Assembly: GCF_021869535.1 (NCBI RefSeq)
Contig: NW_026262707.1
Location: 124,001 to 188,000 of the forward strand
Length of the DNA: 64,000 bases
From: Mytilus californianus
Taxonomy: Eukaryota
Direction of reading: 5' to 3'
How positions within the stretch are numbered: position 1 is the first letter of the stretch; each line of letters begins with the position of its first letter. A model generated the notes under the pieces. It was not told the DNA's origin and searched no databases. It saw only the letters and a list, made by a program, of their open reading frames with translations. A program made the position numbers and the translations under genes. Shown here piece by piece: positions 13,622 through 26,047 of this stretch.

Positions 13622-14048
13622 TTGATTGATTGATTGATTGTTGGTTGCTTAACGTCCAGTGGCAAATATTTCATGCATATTCAGGACGAGAACAAGTTCA
13701 CAATAAATACAATAGGTAGGTTCTGTAATAGATTAAGGGGTTAAGGTCGGAGAAATTTAGACTGCCACGGGAAATGAGGGTATATTGGATAGGGACAGAA
13801 ATTTAGCCTTGCAACAGGTCACCTACGGACCCCTCAAAGAGTTGTTGCAAGGGTTCTTAACGTGCAAAGAGCGTGGCACTCTCTTGACACGAGGCATCGG
13901 ATTTAACGTCCCCATTCTGACCGGACGTGGCTGCAAATTTGTACATCCCGCACAGCCAAACGGACGCCCCACTTTAGCACGGGTTTTACTGCCGGTCGGA
14001 GGAAGACCAATGGTGACCATACTTCTATTCCCCAGTCACCCTTGGGGG
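13622..14048 (-). mobile_element. SINE-like retroposon, copy 3
   Basis: Full length; 14-bp TSD GAATTAAAGGGGGA (13608-13621 / 14049-14062). Confidence 0.93.
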
Positions 14049-14821
14049 GAATTAAAGGGGGAAAGAATCTATATACAAAACACACAACTTAGTACGTTGA
14101 AGCTGTATAAATGCTTAAAGATACTCCTCTAACAATTCTAAAATACAATTATATTTCAAAGTCTTATTGATTTTCAATATTTTGTGGGATTAGATCTTTC
14201 TCAATCCACTGGCGATGTTCAGCCAACTCATCCTTTTGGATCTGATTGCCAAGTGTCCTTTTTGGAGAAGTCTGAAACTAGCCTTCAAACAGGTTTATAC
14301 GTGATGTCCAATGTCAATTTATAGTCTTTGAATTTACTGGACTGCCGGGATGGTTGATGAGTTATGACACATGAACCCGTCTTGGACAATCTCCTCATCT
14401 GATGACAAGAATGAAGGTTTCATGACCTCATCAATCTTAGCCTTCTTCGTCACACTCAGCTCCATTTTGTCCAGTGCACTTAGTCTCCTTTTTGCTTTCA
14501 GAAAAGAAATACGTTTATGGTTTTATTATCATAGTTCCAATTGCTATAAATCGTAATAAAGGTATTGAATAGTGAATATGAATGGTTTGATTTAAATAGC
14601 AAGAATAAAGTTTTATGTCCTGAGTTTTATTTCTCTGATATATTATTAGGAAGATCAGATAAGGAAAATTGCACACTCAAAATATCCTACGGTAACCAAA
14701 AGAGTAAAATATAGACGGTTGGATGGACATGCGTAACACACAATGCTCCCCACGCCTAAAGCTGGGGCATAAAAATCTTTAAAAGTATATGATGCAAACA
14801 GCCAACTCACAACAAATGACA

Positions 14822-15242
14822 CCCCAAGGGTGACTGGGGGATAGAAGTATGGTCACCATTGGTTTTCCTCCGACCGACAGTAAAACCCCTGCTAAAGTGG
14901 GGCGTCCATTTGGCTGTGCGGGATGTACAAATTTGCAGCCACGTCCGGTCAGAATGGGGACGTTAAATCCGATGCCTCGTGTAAAGAGAGTGCCACGCTC
15001 TTTGCACGTTAAGAACCCTTGCAACAACTCTTTGAGGGGTCCGTAGGTGACCTGTTGCACGGCTAAATTTCTGTCCCTATCCAATATACCCCCATTTCCC
15101 GTGGCAGTCTAAATTTCTCCGACCTTAATCCCGGACACCCCTCTTAGAGAACCTACCTATTGTATGTGTTGTTAATTTGTTCTCGTCCTGAATATGCATG
15201 AAATATTTGCCACCTGACGTTAAGAAACCAACAATCAATCAA
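14822..15242 (+). mobile_element. SINE-like retroposon, copy 4
   Basis: Full length; TSD TCACAACAAAT(G/A)ACA on both sides; starts CCCCAAGGGTGAC, ends (CAAT)n. Confidence 0.92.
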
Positions 15243-15309
15243 TCACAACAAATAACAGATGCAATGTGATGGCTAAAAGCTTAATGAGACATGTAGTTTC
15301 AATTACCTG

Positions 15310-16790
15310 GTAATGTTTTCAGGTTTGGATGATGGAGGTGGTATTTCGTTTATGTCTTCTTCCTTCAATTCACAAAAGGGCTGCATTTGATTCATAAGTT
15401 GTCCCTTCTCTAATTTCACATGCAGATGTTTTCTGATTCCTCAACTTCAAAGAAAAACATATAGTTAATTTTTAATATGAATTTACATTGTTTGATGCTC
15501 TGTGGGTTTTTGCACGGAATGCTTGTGTCATCCGGTCTGTTTGTACAAAGCAAGTGCTTCATAGCTTGTCACTTTGGGTTATTCCTTGTCATTAATTCCG
15601 TATTTTTCGTCAAATTTTTGTTTGTACAAAGCAAGTGCTTTAGAGTTCTGTCCCATTGGGTTTTTCTTCATCTTTAATACCACACGCGCATTGTACACTT
15701 GTTTCATGACCACAATTTTTTCTGCCAACAGTTCAACATCGTCCCAACTTAAATCATCAGCAGCCATTAGATTTACCATTTTACTTGTAAATCCCGCGCA
15801 GCGAAACGGATGAAACATTTTGACAAGTGTTTAACTATCAGTCAGAATATGATCTGTAGTGACCATATTTCTATTCTCGGTCACCTTGACGGGCGAAAGG
15901 TACACGAATGCTAAGTGTTTTTGTTTTGGCAGACACTGTGCATTATGAGTTTTTCTGCCTGTGCCTGTTGATTTGGGAAAACTCCATTGGGACTGCAAAT
16001 ATTATTCTAATTTGATGTTCTCTGAGAAATAAATAATTCAACTACAACTTTAAAGGCTCATATAAAATTCGTAAGCAAAAGTTGCAGGATGTGGATATAG
16101 TCGCGTGACTGTCGCTGGAGATAAATTTAGCAACTTTACATTAGTGCAACTTTACAATAGTGCATTGACGGTGGTATTAGGAGTATGAATAAAAAGAAAA
16201 CATCGTGCGATCATCACCGAACAAGAGTAAATGAGACTGGACCAAAGATGCATTTAATATGTTAACTGTTGCTTAACATTGTTTATATCAATTTTCCAAT
16301 TGATGTTGATGGCAAAGTATCAGTGACATGTATGTTGGTATAGGCAATTTTGAAAACTAGATACTTTAAGCTCTATTTTTAACAAACAATTATTAAGATA
16401 TATACTTTTAGCTCCATTTTAACCAACAATTATTAAGATATAGAATTTTAACCATAGATATCCAACATTAATTCTGACAGCAAACTGTGTTTACGTAATT
16501 TATTCAGCAATATAGGAATGTCAAATTCAGCAATGTCCGAATAAAATGGATTTCATCTTTAAAGTGATGAAATCAATGAATTCAAGTACAACAATATGTA
16601 TATCTTTGCTGTCAACTGGTTTACCATGGTCACATCTGACCACATCAATCCTGTTGTTTCTGATACTTTGGGTGAAAGTGATTCCATAGGTGATATGTAT
16701 TGATTGAATATACTTGTACCAACAAATGCAGCTAGCTGAGTTATAACCGACATCCTTGCTAATCCTGGAATAAAAAAAAACAACAATTAC
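15310..16790 (-). pseudogene. Possible DEDDh (PML/DnaQ-like) exonuclease gene remnants, likely transposon-borne
   Basis: Fragments GLARMSVITQLAAFVGTSIFNQYISP, HGKPVDS...ILFGH, AGFTSKMVNLMAADDLSW and EIREGTTYESN..EEDINEIPPP resemble invertebrate exonuclease-domain proteins from memory. Frameshifted, and segment order is uncertain. Confidence 0.38.
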
Positions 16791-17594
16791 ATAAACAATT
16801 AAAGTCAAGTAAGTTAAACTTATTCAACTACTAGTAATCTGTAAAACTATGCTTTTGAAGAATATGCGTGTTCAAAATCTTTAGCGACATATATTTGCAC
16901 TCGAAATTATCTCCCATGATCTAACTAATTACAAAACTTATTCCGAAGTACTGATTCTAAATTCCGTAATTGAGCAGTGTTCTCTGTTAAAAATTTAACC
17001 CTTTAAGTACATTTAAAACTGATATCATATAAAATTATAGTCACTCCTAATTAACATATAACTTGTGTATAATTTATTTTAACATTACAAGACTTATTAA
17101 AGGATGAGAATTAAGGAAATAATTTATTGCCACTGGAAAATGAGGGTAAATTGGGTAGGAACAGAAATGTAGCCTTGCAACAGGCCACCTACAGACCCCC
17201 AAAGAGTTGATGCAAGGGCTCTTATTGTGGAGAGAGTGTGAACACAATTGAATTAAAACAGACCATTGGAAACCAACAATATAAAGTGTCGAACGAAACA
17301 CTACAGAATATTTATTACTAATAATACAACAAGTATACGTACAAACACATACGATACATGTTTAACCAGTTCCTTGAGACAAACAACCCGATACACAAAG
17401 GATTGAAGAGAGCATATTTATTCATATTTATTGACTGCATACGAATAGAGTTATTCAACCGTGTCTCTACATGGTGTAATAAACAGATTTTCTAGTTGGT
17501 CAGTGGGTATTAATGATTTAATAATTGGATTACAATAATCCAAACAGAATAAAACAATTTATTTTGGAAAAGCACAAGATGAATGCTCGATGCT

Positions 17595-18385
17595 TTATTC
17601 TAAAATGCAAATTTGGGATATTGTGGTCACTTGCCTAATAACATAAGCATTGCATGATTGGAAAGCATTTTTATAATATGAAAATAACTCAATTTGTCTC
17701 TCGACAAGTCCAGCACACAATTCAATTATTTGATTTAGTTCGTTCCTTTGGTGTCTCCATAAAGTTCTAACGACCCTAAATGTCTTCAAACGCCTTATTG
17801 CGTGTTCAACATATACACGACACTCAGACATTCTCTTATTGAATTTCTTACATTTCTCTTTTTCCCTCAGCGTTTTCCATCTTAGTTGATGTCTCTTATA
17901 TGGTGTAACTATTGGTGCTCGGTTTGCATAAATCTTATCAGCTAATATAACGTAATTTGGAGGGAAATCTAACTCCAAATTAGTCCCAATACTAGGCAGC
18001 AGATTGAATTGTTGAGCCTCGTTTTGGTGTCCAAGAAAACCGTTTTTAACAAGGCGTATATGATTTTCATTGTCAACTACAATTTGTGTGTGTGTATACA
18101 ATGTACATGGCGATGTCCGGAGTAATTTTCTTCCTGTGGTTCAACCTGAGGTCTATATATGGCATGGGACATGCTTTCAATGGCTGCCAAAGCAGTTGGA
18201 ATTTTTTACCAGTTCCCATGTAACTGAAGCCATTATTGACGACTAGGCCATACCATATTTGGTGAATATATTTGCAATAAAAATTGGTTTGAGGGCATTT
18301 ATTTGAGTACATATATTTTAAGACGAAACATTAGTAAATTAAAAAGGTTGTAACAAGGATAACTACGAAGCCATAACAGAACTAA
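17595..18385 (-). pseudogene. ISL2EU/Harbinger-type transposase remnant (HTH_Tnp_4 + DDE_Tnp_4-like)
   Basis: VLLWLRSYP (~18360-18385); AAIESMSHAIYRPQVEPQEENYSGHRHVHCIHTQ (first catalytic D position reads E); VILADKIY; RVYVEHAIRRLKTFR. Internal stop and frameshift. Confidence 0.8.
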
Positions 18386-19591
18386 CAGTGAACGAGTGAT
18401 ACGCAAAAGTCTGTGAGGTCTTCCAGTAGGACTATCGTGTATTCTTGGTCCAACTGTTCTCAGCATTTGCATTATCGTTTCTGGTGTTTCCCCACAAGAA
18501 CGATAAAATGCTTAACGATGATTTGAAAAAAAGACAAACACATCTCTACCATGCCACATCTCATTTCTTCCTTCAGAAGCACGATGATAAATATCTAAAG
18601 TTGGTTCTGGAGGAGGACGAATTAGCAGCAAAATTAAGGTGAAAGTATTCTCAAATATTTAAGACGGATCCGACGGTGGAGTTACCAAATACTGAATTAA
18701 AGCTGATATACTTTTATACATTGTGACTTGGGTGGAAAGTTGTCTCATTTGCACTCATACCACCTCTTGCTATATATATGATATAGTTGCAATATCCATA
18801 ATGACCTGAAAAAATTGTAGTAAATTAAAAAAAAAAAGTAAAGAAACAAAGCTACATTTATTCGGAACTATAAGACTAACTATGGAGAAGAAAACAAACT
18901 CGTATTTTCCTTACCCAGATATAATGCTATGCCTAATTAAAAATCATTTTAAAAGAAATTGAAAATGAACAGTACATAAGATTTATTATATTCCTACTTA
19001 CTGAAGGCTTTAAAAGAGTTAGAAATTGAAATCATCCCTTCTTCAATTTTACGGACATCATCACGAGATGGTTGACTGTATCCGTTCCTAATGTCGTAAC
19101 TACAATCCTGTCCCATTTTCACGAAAGTGACCTACCCAATAAGACTTATAACCGGGTTTGTGCTAACATTACAACATCACGGGTGCCACATGTAGATCTC
19201 CTTATCCTTCCGGAGCAATTTTTGGTGAGGTTCGTGTTGCTCAGTCACTAATTTTCTATGATGTATGAGGTGTACAGTTGTTCTTTTCTTTTTTTAGTGT
19301 TGTCAATTAATCAATTATGTAGAAAAATGGTGAATTCAATCTGGTTTTAGAGCTGCTGTAATACAATGTAACGATGACATGGTAGGATTTGGGAAAACTT
19401 TAACTTGTTTTTCAACGGCATTTTTGTTATTTTTATCGCTAATATTCCCTCTGTTATCTCATCCGTTTGTATTAAGATGTTCAAAATAGTATGTGCATGC
19501 TCGTTTAAACACTTCAAAACTAGACGTGCTGAAAAACAGCCGTAGGCCACAAACGGTCAATTTATAACTTCATTGTTCTTATCTTGTTGCA

Positions 19592-20160
19592 CCCAAGGGT
19601 GACTGGTCATTGGTCTTCCTCCGACCGGCAATAAAACCCTTGCTAAAGTGGGACGTCCGTTTGGCTGTGCGGGATGTACAAATTTGCAGCCACGTCCGGT
19701 CAGAATAGGGACGTTAAATCCGATGCCTCGTGTAAAGAGAGTGCCACGCTCTTTGCACGTTAAGAACCCTTGAAACAACTCTTTGAGGGGTCCGTAGGTG
19801 ACCTGTTGCAAGGCTAAATGTCTGTCCCTATCCAAAATACCCTCATTTCCTGTGGCAGTCTAAATTTCTCCGACCTTAATCCCGGAAGCCCCTATTACAG
19901 AACCTACCTATTGTATTTATTTTTAATTTGTTCTCGTCTTGAATATGCATGAAATATTTGCCACTTGACGTTAAGCAACCAACAATCAATCAATCAATCA
20001 ATATACCCTCATTTTCCATGGCAGTCTAAATTTCTCCGACCTTAATCCCGGACGCCCCTATTACAGAACCTACCTATTATATGTATTGTTATTTTGTTCT
20101 CGTCCTGAATATGCCTGAAATATTTGCCACTGGACGTTAAGCAACCAACAATCAATCAAT
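19592..20160 (+). mobile_element. SINE-like retroposon, copy 5, with duplicated 3' segment
   Basis: One 14-bp TSD CTTATCTTGTTGCA (19578-19591 / 20161-20174) encloses a near-full copy (deletion in head) plus a second 3' ~160-bp segment (20001-20160). Confidence 0.9.
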
Positions 20161-20658
20161 CTTATCTTGTTGCATCTTGTTTCTTTATTAAGGCCTTCGA
20201 TTTATTTAAAGTATAGTCTCTTGACATATTTTGGTTTTGTTATTGTCTGCCCTTTGATGTTTTTTATCATGGAAACAAGAAGGAAGGACAAATTGATAGG
20301 GACAGAAATGATATATTAAAAGGAACATTGGGGGTCCGGTGCGAAACGGCTAGAAGGAACGAGGGGAAAATGCTTATGACCAAAAAAATTGGAATAGAGT
20401 AAAGCTGAATGAAGCAAACGAAATGATTTAACCTTCGACAAATTAATCATTCAAGTTTTCTGGTGTGTACCATTATTTTTCCTTAAATATACATAAAGTA
20501 TGTTTATATAAAGGCTTACTTCATCGATGAATACCTCTTTTGACATTTACCTTTACGTTAGCTATTTATGTATATGTATCTAAATATAAAATTACTCAGT
20601 TTTCTTGCCATAAAAAAGACATGTGAACACAATGCAGTCAAAATTTTAATGTATTTAA

Positions 20659-20910
20659 TTATTTATTTTTATGGTTTTTCATATGTCGACTCAGGCTCGA
20701 CCGGTAACCAAAGGTCGTGTTGCACACGGAACATCTGTATGGGTTATCTCCACTATGCGAATTCATGTGATCCTTAAGGCTGATAGAGTCTTCAAATGAA
20801 CTACCGCACTTATCACATTTATGCTTCAGTGATTTTCCTCCCTCCGTTTCATTGTGGCGCTTCAAATCCTCCTCAGAATAAAACATTGTATTACAACTAT
20901 CACATTTAAA
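20659..20910 (-). pseudogene. C2H2 zinc-finger exon (3 fingers) truncated by a SINE tail
   Basis: CDSC..RH (second His missing), CDKC..HMNSH, linker SGDNPYR, CSVC..HMKNH, stop. The apparent N-terminus MIDCWLPNVQ is the antisense SINE tail at 20910-20944. Confidence 0.72.
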
Positions 20911-22001
20911 CTGGACGTTAGGCAACCAACAATCAATCAATCAATGCGGATAAATTACAAATATTGTTTCATTCAAAAAGAAGTTGGAATATATTATAAA
21001 ATATAAAAATGTATAAAATTAAAATGATTTTAATTTTTCTTGATTTAGACTTGAGTTTTTTAAAAATATACTTTAAATTGTTAAATATTTGAATTAGCTC
21101 TCGCAGCGATAAAGCCTTTTTGCGCTCATGTGTTGTAAAGCAAACACCAATCAATCAATCAATCAATTAATGCGGATATGTATTCAATGCCGCTGGGTTA
21201 ATTGGTCACATATTTGCGTTAAATGGTTACAATGTTCCCATTTTTAAGTATAAATTTTGTTTATTTAAAAGTTCTAGAAAAAATACAAAAATTATTTTGA
21301 CATGTTTTTAAAAAAAAAGAAAAAAACTCAAAACTGAAAAGTGAATATTTGTACCGTGACTTTCTATCCAACATTCGACATACTCATCATGAGTATGTTG
21401 CTGGGATCTGATATAACGTTTGAATGTATGATACATATAACAATATTTTTACACAAGGTCCAAGGATTATGATAATCATATATACTTATATACTGATTTC
21501 CATTTTAAAATTTTGTTTGATGTTTAGGTAAAGAACCTTATTGGACTAACTTGGTATCTTAATCTCCAAGTCTAATTACTACCTTTTTGATACACAAAAT
21601 ATAGTGCATTGATCATAACATTCTATATCCTATCCATGAACATTTCCAGATATTTATCTATGTAATATATGCTCTAATATTCAGGGCACACAATGATGTT
21701 ACACTTGTCAAGAAAATTACATAACTTTTGCATGGTGCGGGAATCTAATGGCTGTTCTAAAAATATAAATGATGTTACTGTTAAAGTCCTCTTAAAAATA
21801 TGGAATTCCCTTCTTTTGTTTAGAATTGCTGATAAATCAACAACAAAATGTACAACCAATGCAATAATAAATTTTACTTCCCACTAATAAATTGAAGCAA
21901 TTTCTACCCGTCTTCAGTGCTCCGTTTAGGTTAATTACAAGTCTATCTAGTATTTCATTTTTAATGAAGTAGCTTGATCAAGTGGTTGAATCTTTTAAAA
22001 T

Positions 22002-22380
22002 GATTGATTGATTGTTGGTTGCTTAACATCCAGTAGCAAATATTTCATGCATGTTCAGGACGAGAACAAATGAACAATAAATACAATAGGTAGGTCCTGT
22101 AAAACAGGTCAACTGGGTTGCAGGTCGGGGGAATTTGGACTGCCACGGGAAAATGAGGGTGTATTGAATAAGAACAGAAATTAAGCCTTGCAACAGGCCA
22201 CCTGCGGACCCCTCAAAGAGTTGTTGCAAGGGTTCTTAACGTGCAAAGAGCGTGGCACTCTGACTGCTTACTTATACATCCCGCACAGCCAAACAGACGT
22301 CCCAATTTGGCAAGGGTTTTACTGCCGGTCGGAAGAAGACATGTAGTGAACATATTTCAATTCCCCAGTCAACCTTGGGG
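22002..22380 (-). mobile_element. SINE-like retroposon, copy 6 (older, internal deletion)
   Basis: More diverged; ~55-bp deletion near 22260; imperfect TSD ATCTT(T/G)T(T)AAA. Confidence 0.85.
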
Positions 22381-22384
22381 ATCT

Positions 22385-23280
22385 TGTTAAATTTAATAAA
22401 ATTATCAATAAAGAAAGTGGCCAAATAAAAGTTACATCTTACGCAATTCACTTTAAAAGGTGGCCTATTCAATTTAAATTATAATACGTGTATTCATACA
22501 AACGCGTTCGATTTAAGGTTACTTCTAATACAATTATCTAAAAAAAAAAAGATTTAATGTTACATCTTATACAATAATAAAAAAGTGGTCGAATTTATTT
22601 AAAATATAGTAAAATAATCAATCAAGAAAATGACCGATTTTAGGTCTAATACATTTATCTTTAAAAAGCGGTCGAACCTCGTAAAATGTAATAAAATTAT
22701 CAATAAAGAAAGTGGCAGACTTAAGGTTACATCAAATACAATTATGAAGAAAAATTACCGGAATAAGGTAAAATATAATTCAGAAATAAAAAAAAATGGT
22801 CAAATTTATTTTAGAATCTTGGTAAAATAATCAATAAAGAAAAATACCGATTTAAGGTTATATCTAATACAATTATCTATAAAAAAAGTGATGAAGTCTT
22901 GTTAAATGTAAAAAAAAATATCAAAAGACAGATTTAAGGATACATCTTATACAATTGTGAAGAACAAAATGACTGGATTAAGGTAACATCTTTTACAATC
23001 ATCGAAATAGTGGTCAAATTTACTGTAAAATGTCATAAAATTATCGTTAAAGCAGTGGCCAATTATATGTTAAATTAAATACAATTATCTAGAGAGTCTA
23101 ACGGACTTAAGGTGACATCTACAATTCCAATATAAAGTAGTTGAATCTTATAAAATGTAATAGAATTATAAATAAAGAAACTGACTGACTTAATGTAACA
23201 TCTTATGCAGTTATCTTTAAAAAGTGGTTGAATCTAGTAACATGAAATGTAATTATCAATAAAATAAGTGGCCGGTTAAT
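22385..23280. repeat. Degenerate AT-rich minisatellite
   Basis: Recurring motifs AAATTATCAATAAAGAAAGTGG and TTAAGGTTACATCT(T/A)ATACAATTATC alternate with a period of roughly 85-90 bp. Confidence 0.75.
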
Positions 23281-23715
23281 TTGGCATCGTTTACCAACTT
23301 AGTATGTAGTTTACTCCTTTCATTGTTATTGTTTTCTACAAGTTTATGTCGTACCTATTTGTTTTTAATAGTTCGTTTAAAGCGTCTGGCCATGTTGATT
23401 GTAAAGTAGTGAATTGATTCGGTGCACGTGCTATGTGAACCCCATTTCTCGTATTACACAGCGATCACCTGCAGATAATGTTAGGGTCAGATTTGTGATA
23501 AAAATAGAATGGCTTGTCGAAAGTTAATAAGGTGAATAGTTTTGTAGTTTGTGGTTTTGCTTAATATAAAAATGTATAAATTTAACATTTTTCTGCACAT
23601 CCCTGAATAATGGAATACTATACAATTGGTACCGTTGATTTTATTACATTGTAAAGTGTATAGATATTTGTTTGTTGTAATCGTTACTGAAATATTGTTT
23701 GTTTACATGTCTTAA

Positions 23716-24302
23716 GGTAGATTCATGGTATACCGCCATCTTGGATTGTATCTCAGTACAAAATAGGTCTAGTTATTTGCTCAAATCTGCAAATTTGGAG
23801 ACAGATTTGCAATTTTAACGGTTAGACTGTTTATTTATATAAAGAAAACTTGGTGATTTATTGTATTATTCAAAATATTTAAACAAATATCAAATTTTGT
23901 GTTTTTAGAATCATTTTTTTCAAGTAAGCCATTTAAGGGGAGATAACTCTATTAGTAAAAAATTTATACTGGACTGATAGGGAAATTTTTAATTTTTACT
24001 TGTAGCAAGAAAACAAGTTCGGTGACACCATTTTTTCTTTATTTTCTTAAAACATATTATAAAACCTATCTTTTTACAATTTATTTCAAAATTCTATCTC
24101 ATAGAATTTTTGTTATGCACACAAATGTGTTTTTTCATGAACAATCTAACTAAATTTAGGCAATTTTCAACGACTCATTGCTTGGAAAATAGCACGGTGA
24201 CCCATACTTTTTATTATATTTTTGAAAAAAGCATAGTAAAATCTTCCTTTTGGCAAAGTATAAGAAAATTCTATCTCAAAAAGTATATACTTATGATCTA
24301 CC
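23716..24302. mobile_element. Kolobok-type non-autonomous element (587 bp)
   Basis: TTAA on both sides (23712-23715, 24303-24306); ends GGTAGAT...ATCTACC with imperfect ~18-bp TIRs. Purine-purine termini plus TTAA TSD are Kolobok hallmarks. Confidence 0.72.
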
Positions 24303-24729
24303 TTAAATGGTATACTATGCATCATAGTTAATGTGTGCAAGATTGAGAGATATTATATCGTTTCGTTTTAGGAGTAATAAATCGGGTTTTTATTAAAATA
24401 TGTACAGTGGCAGTTGATAGGGCCAATATTTATATAATTTTCTCCAAACATTGACTAGCCAGTCGTAGTAAATTAAAAATAGAAATAAATACCAGCATCT
24501 ATCGTATAAAAGTTTAGTGTTTTAATCTGGAGATAGACTTACATTTGTATAGTGATATAATAGTCCAAAAACTAAGTAAGAACAAATAGCGTAATATACT
24601 CAAATGCACAGTTTATCTTCTGATTAAATTGCCGATAGATTCGTGTCTGTTTTAGTAAGGGCGGTTTCGATCCCTATTAAACTTGGTGATGTTACCGGAT
24701 GTTTAGTTCATTCTCTTAACACATGTTCT

Positions 24730-25554
24730 GTATTCTTCCGTCCACTTGTTTGAACTCGGTGATAGCCTTGTTACCACATTCAGAACACGAGTTTAGTTCT
24801 TTGAACAGCTCCAGTTTAAGTTTATCAGCATCTACGGTACATTTGGTAGTAAACTCCTTGCAGGATGCGGTTAATTTTTCCATATACTGGTCGGATTCTT
24901 ATCGTATAGCCTTTAATTTCCATACGCAGATGTCTTTCGCTTCATTCGATCCATAAAATGGTATAAAGTCAATGTTCGTATTAAACGATATGGGTGTTCT
25001 TGTTGATTCTTTTTTCATTGTGTATTCTAATGTAAGAATATGATGTCTTTTCTCAAAGATGTTGTTAATGGCTTTGATTGTTGCTCCGACTGTTGGTGTT
25101 GTATGTTGCATTGGAGATGTAAAGTCGATGTCAAAAAAGTTTACTTGGTTATCATTTTTAGTGGTATCCAAACTAAGCGATTCTGGCAAAGACATGTCCC
25201 TCTGGGTTAGATGTTCTAATGTAAAGTTTTTGTCAGTTTGGTCCATGTTGAATTTTCCCAAATGTTCTACTGCTACTGCTGTTTCTTTTTCTGCTTGAGT
25301 AAAATAATAATTTTAAATACCTTTTAATGTCTGTCCTAAGTGTGTTTCAGATAACTGGCCACCTGGCATGCCAACAACTTTTGTGGTTGGAAAAACCCAT
25401 TCAATATCAATTTGAAGCAACCCGATTTTGTTTTTCCCTTGAAGCTGCCCTTTTTTGCAGTCAGCCACCTGACAGGGACATATATTGGATGCCCTTCCGA
25501 GAGTGGAACATAGCCCTCTGGAATCGTTTCTGTATCCTGATTCATTTTCTGCAC
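24730..25554 (-). pseudogene. Degraded coding remnant, possibly BEN-domain-like
   Basis: ORF 25336-25554 (VPLSEGHPIYVPVRWL...CFKLILNGFFQPQKLLA) has the V-Y-I...L-L..F pattern of BEN domains; neighbouring fragments are broken by stops. Confidence 0.3.
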
Positions 25555-26014
25555 AAATAATAATAATAATTATTTCTTCAAGTTGTACTACATTTAAAAT
25601 ATTAAATACTACCAGTACATTAGGTTAAAAGATATATTTGGATTGCAGATTTCAGAATTATGGTCGTCTACATTTTTATGCCACGTATAAATGATTAATA
25701 TGTCTTTAACTGTGATAATTTTTTTATAAAGAATTTTGTATTAATTGTAAAAATGAAGAAGTGAATGATTACCTATGAGAGAACTGTTCACAAGAGACCA
25801 ATTGATACAGAAATTAACATTTATAGATCACCCTATGGCTTTCAACAATGAGCAAAGTACATACCGCATAGTCAGCTATAAAAAGTTGGTTTTGCATCAT
25901 AATACAAAATTTAACAAATAAATTCAATTGAACATCATAAGTATTTATTTTGAACATATTTATCATAAATGAATAGAAAACAAACCAAATATGAATAGCT
26001 GATTGATAGCCCCC

Positions 26015-26047
<33 letters not shown>

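Noticed and set aside
26010-26035. Poly-C tracts (also ~56235-56258)
   Set aside because: Simple homopolymers of unreliable length with no associated structure.
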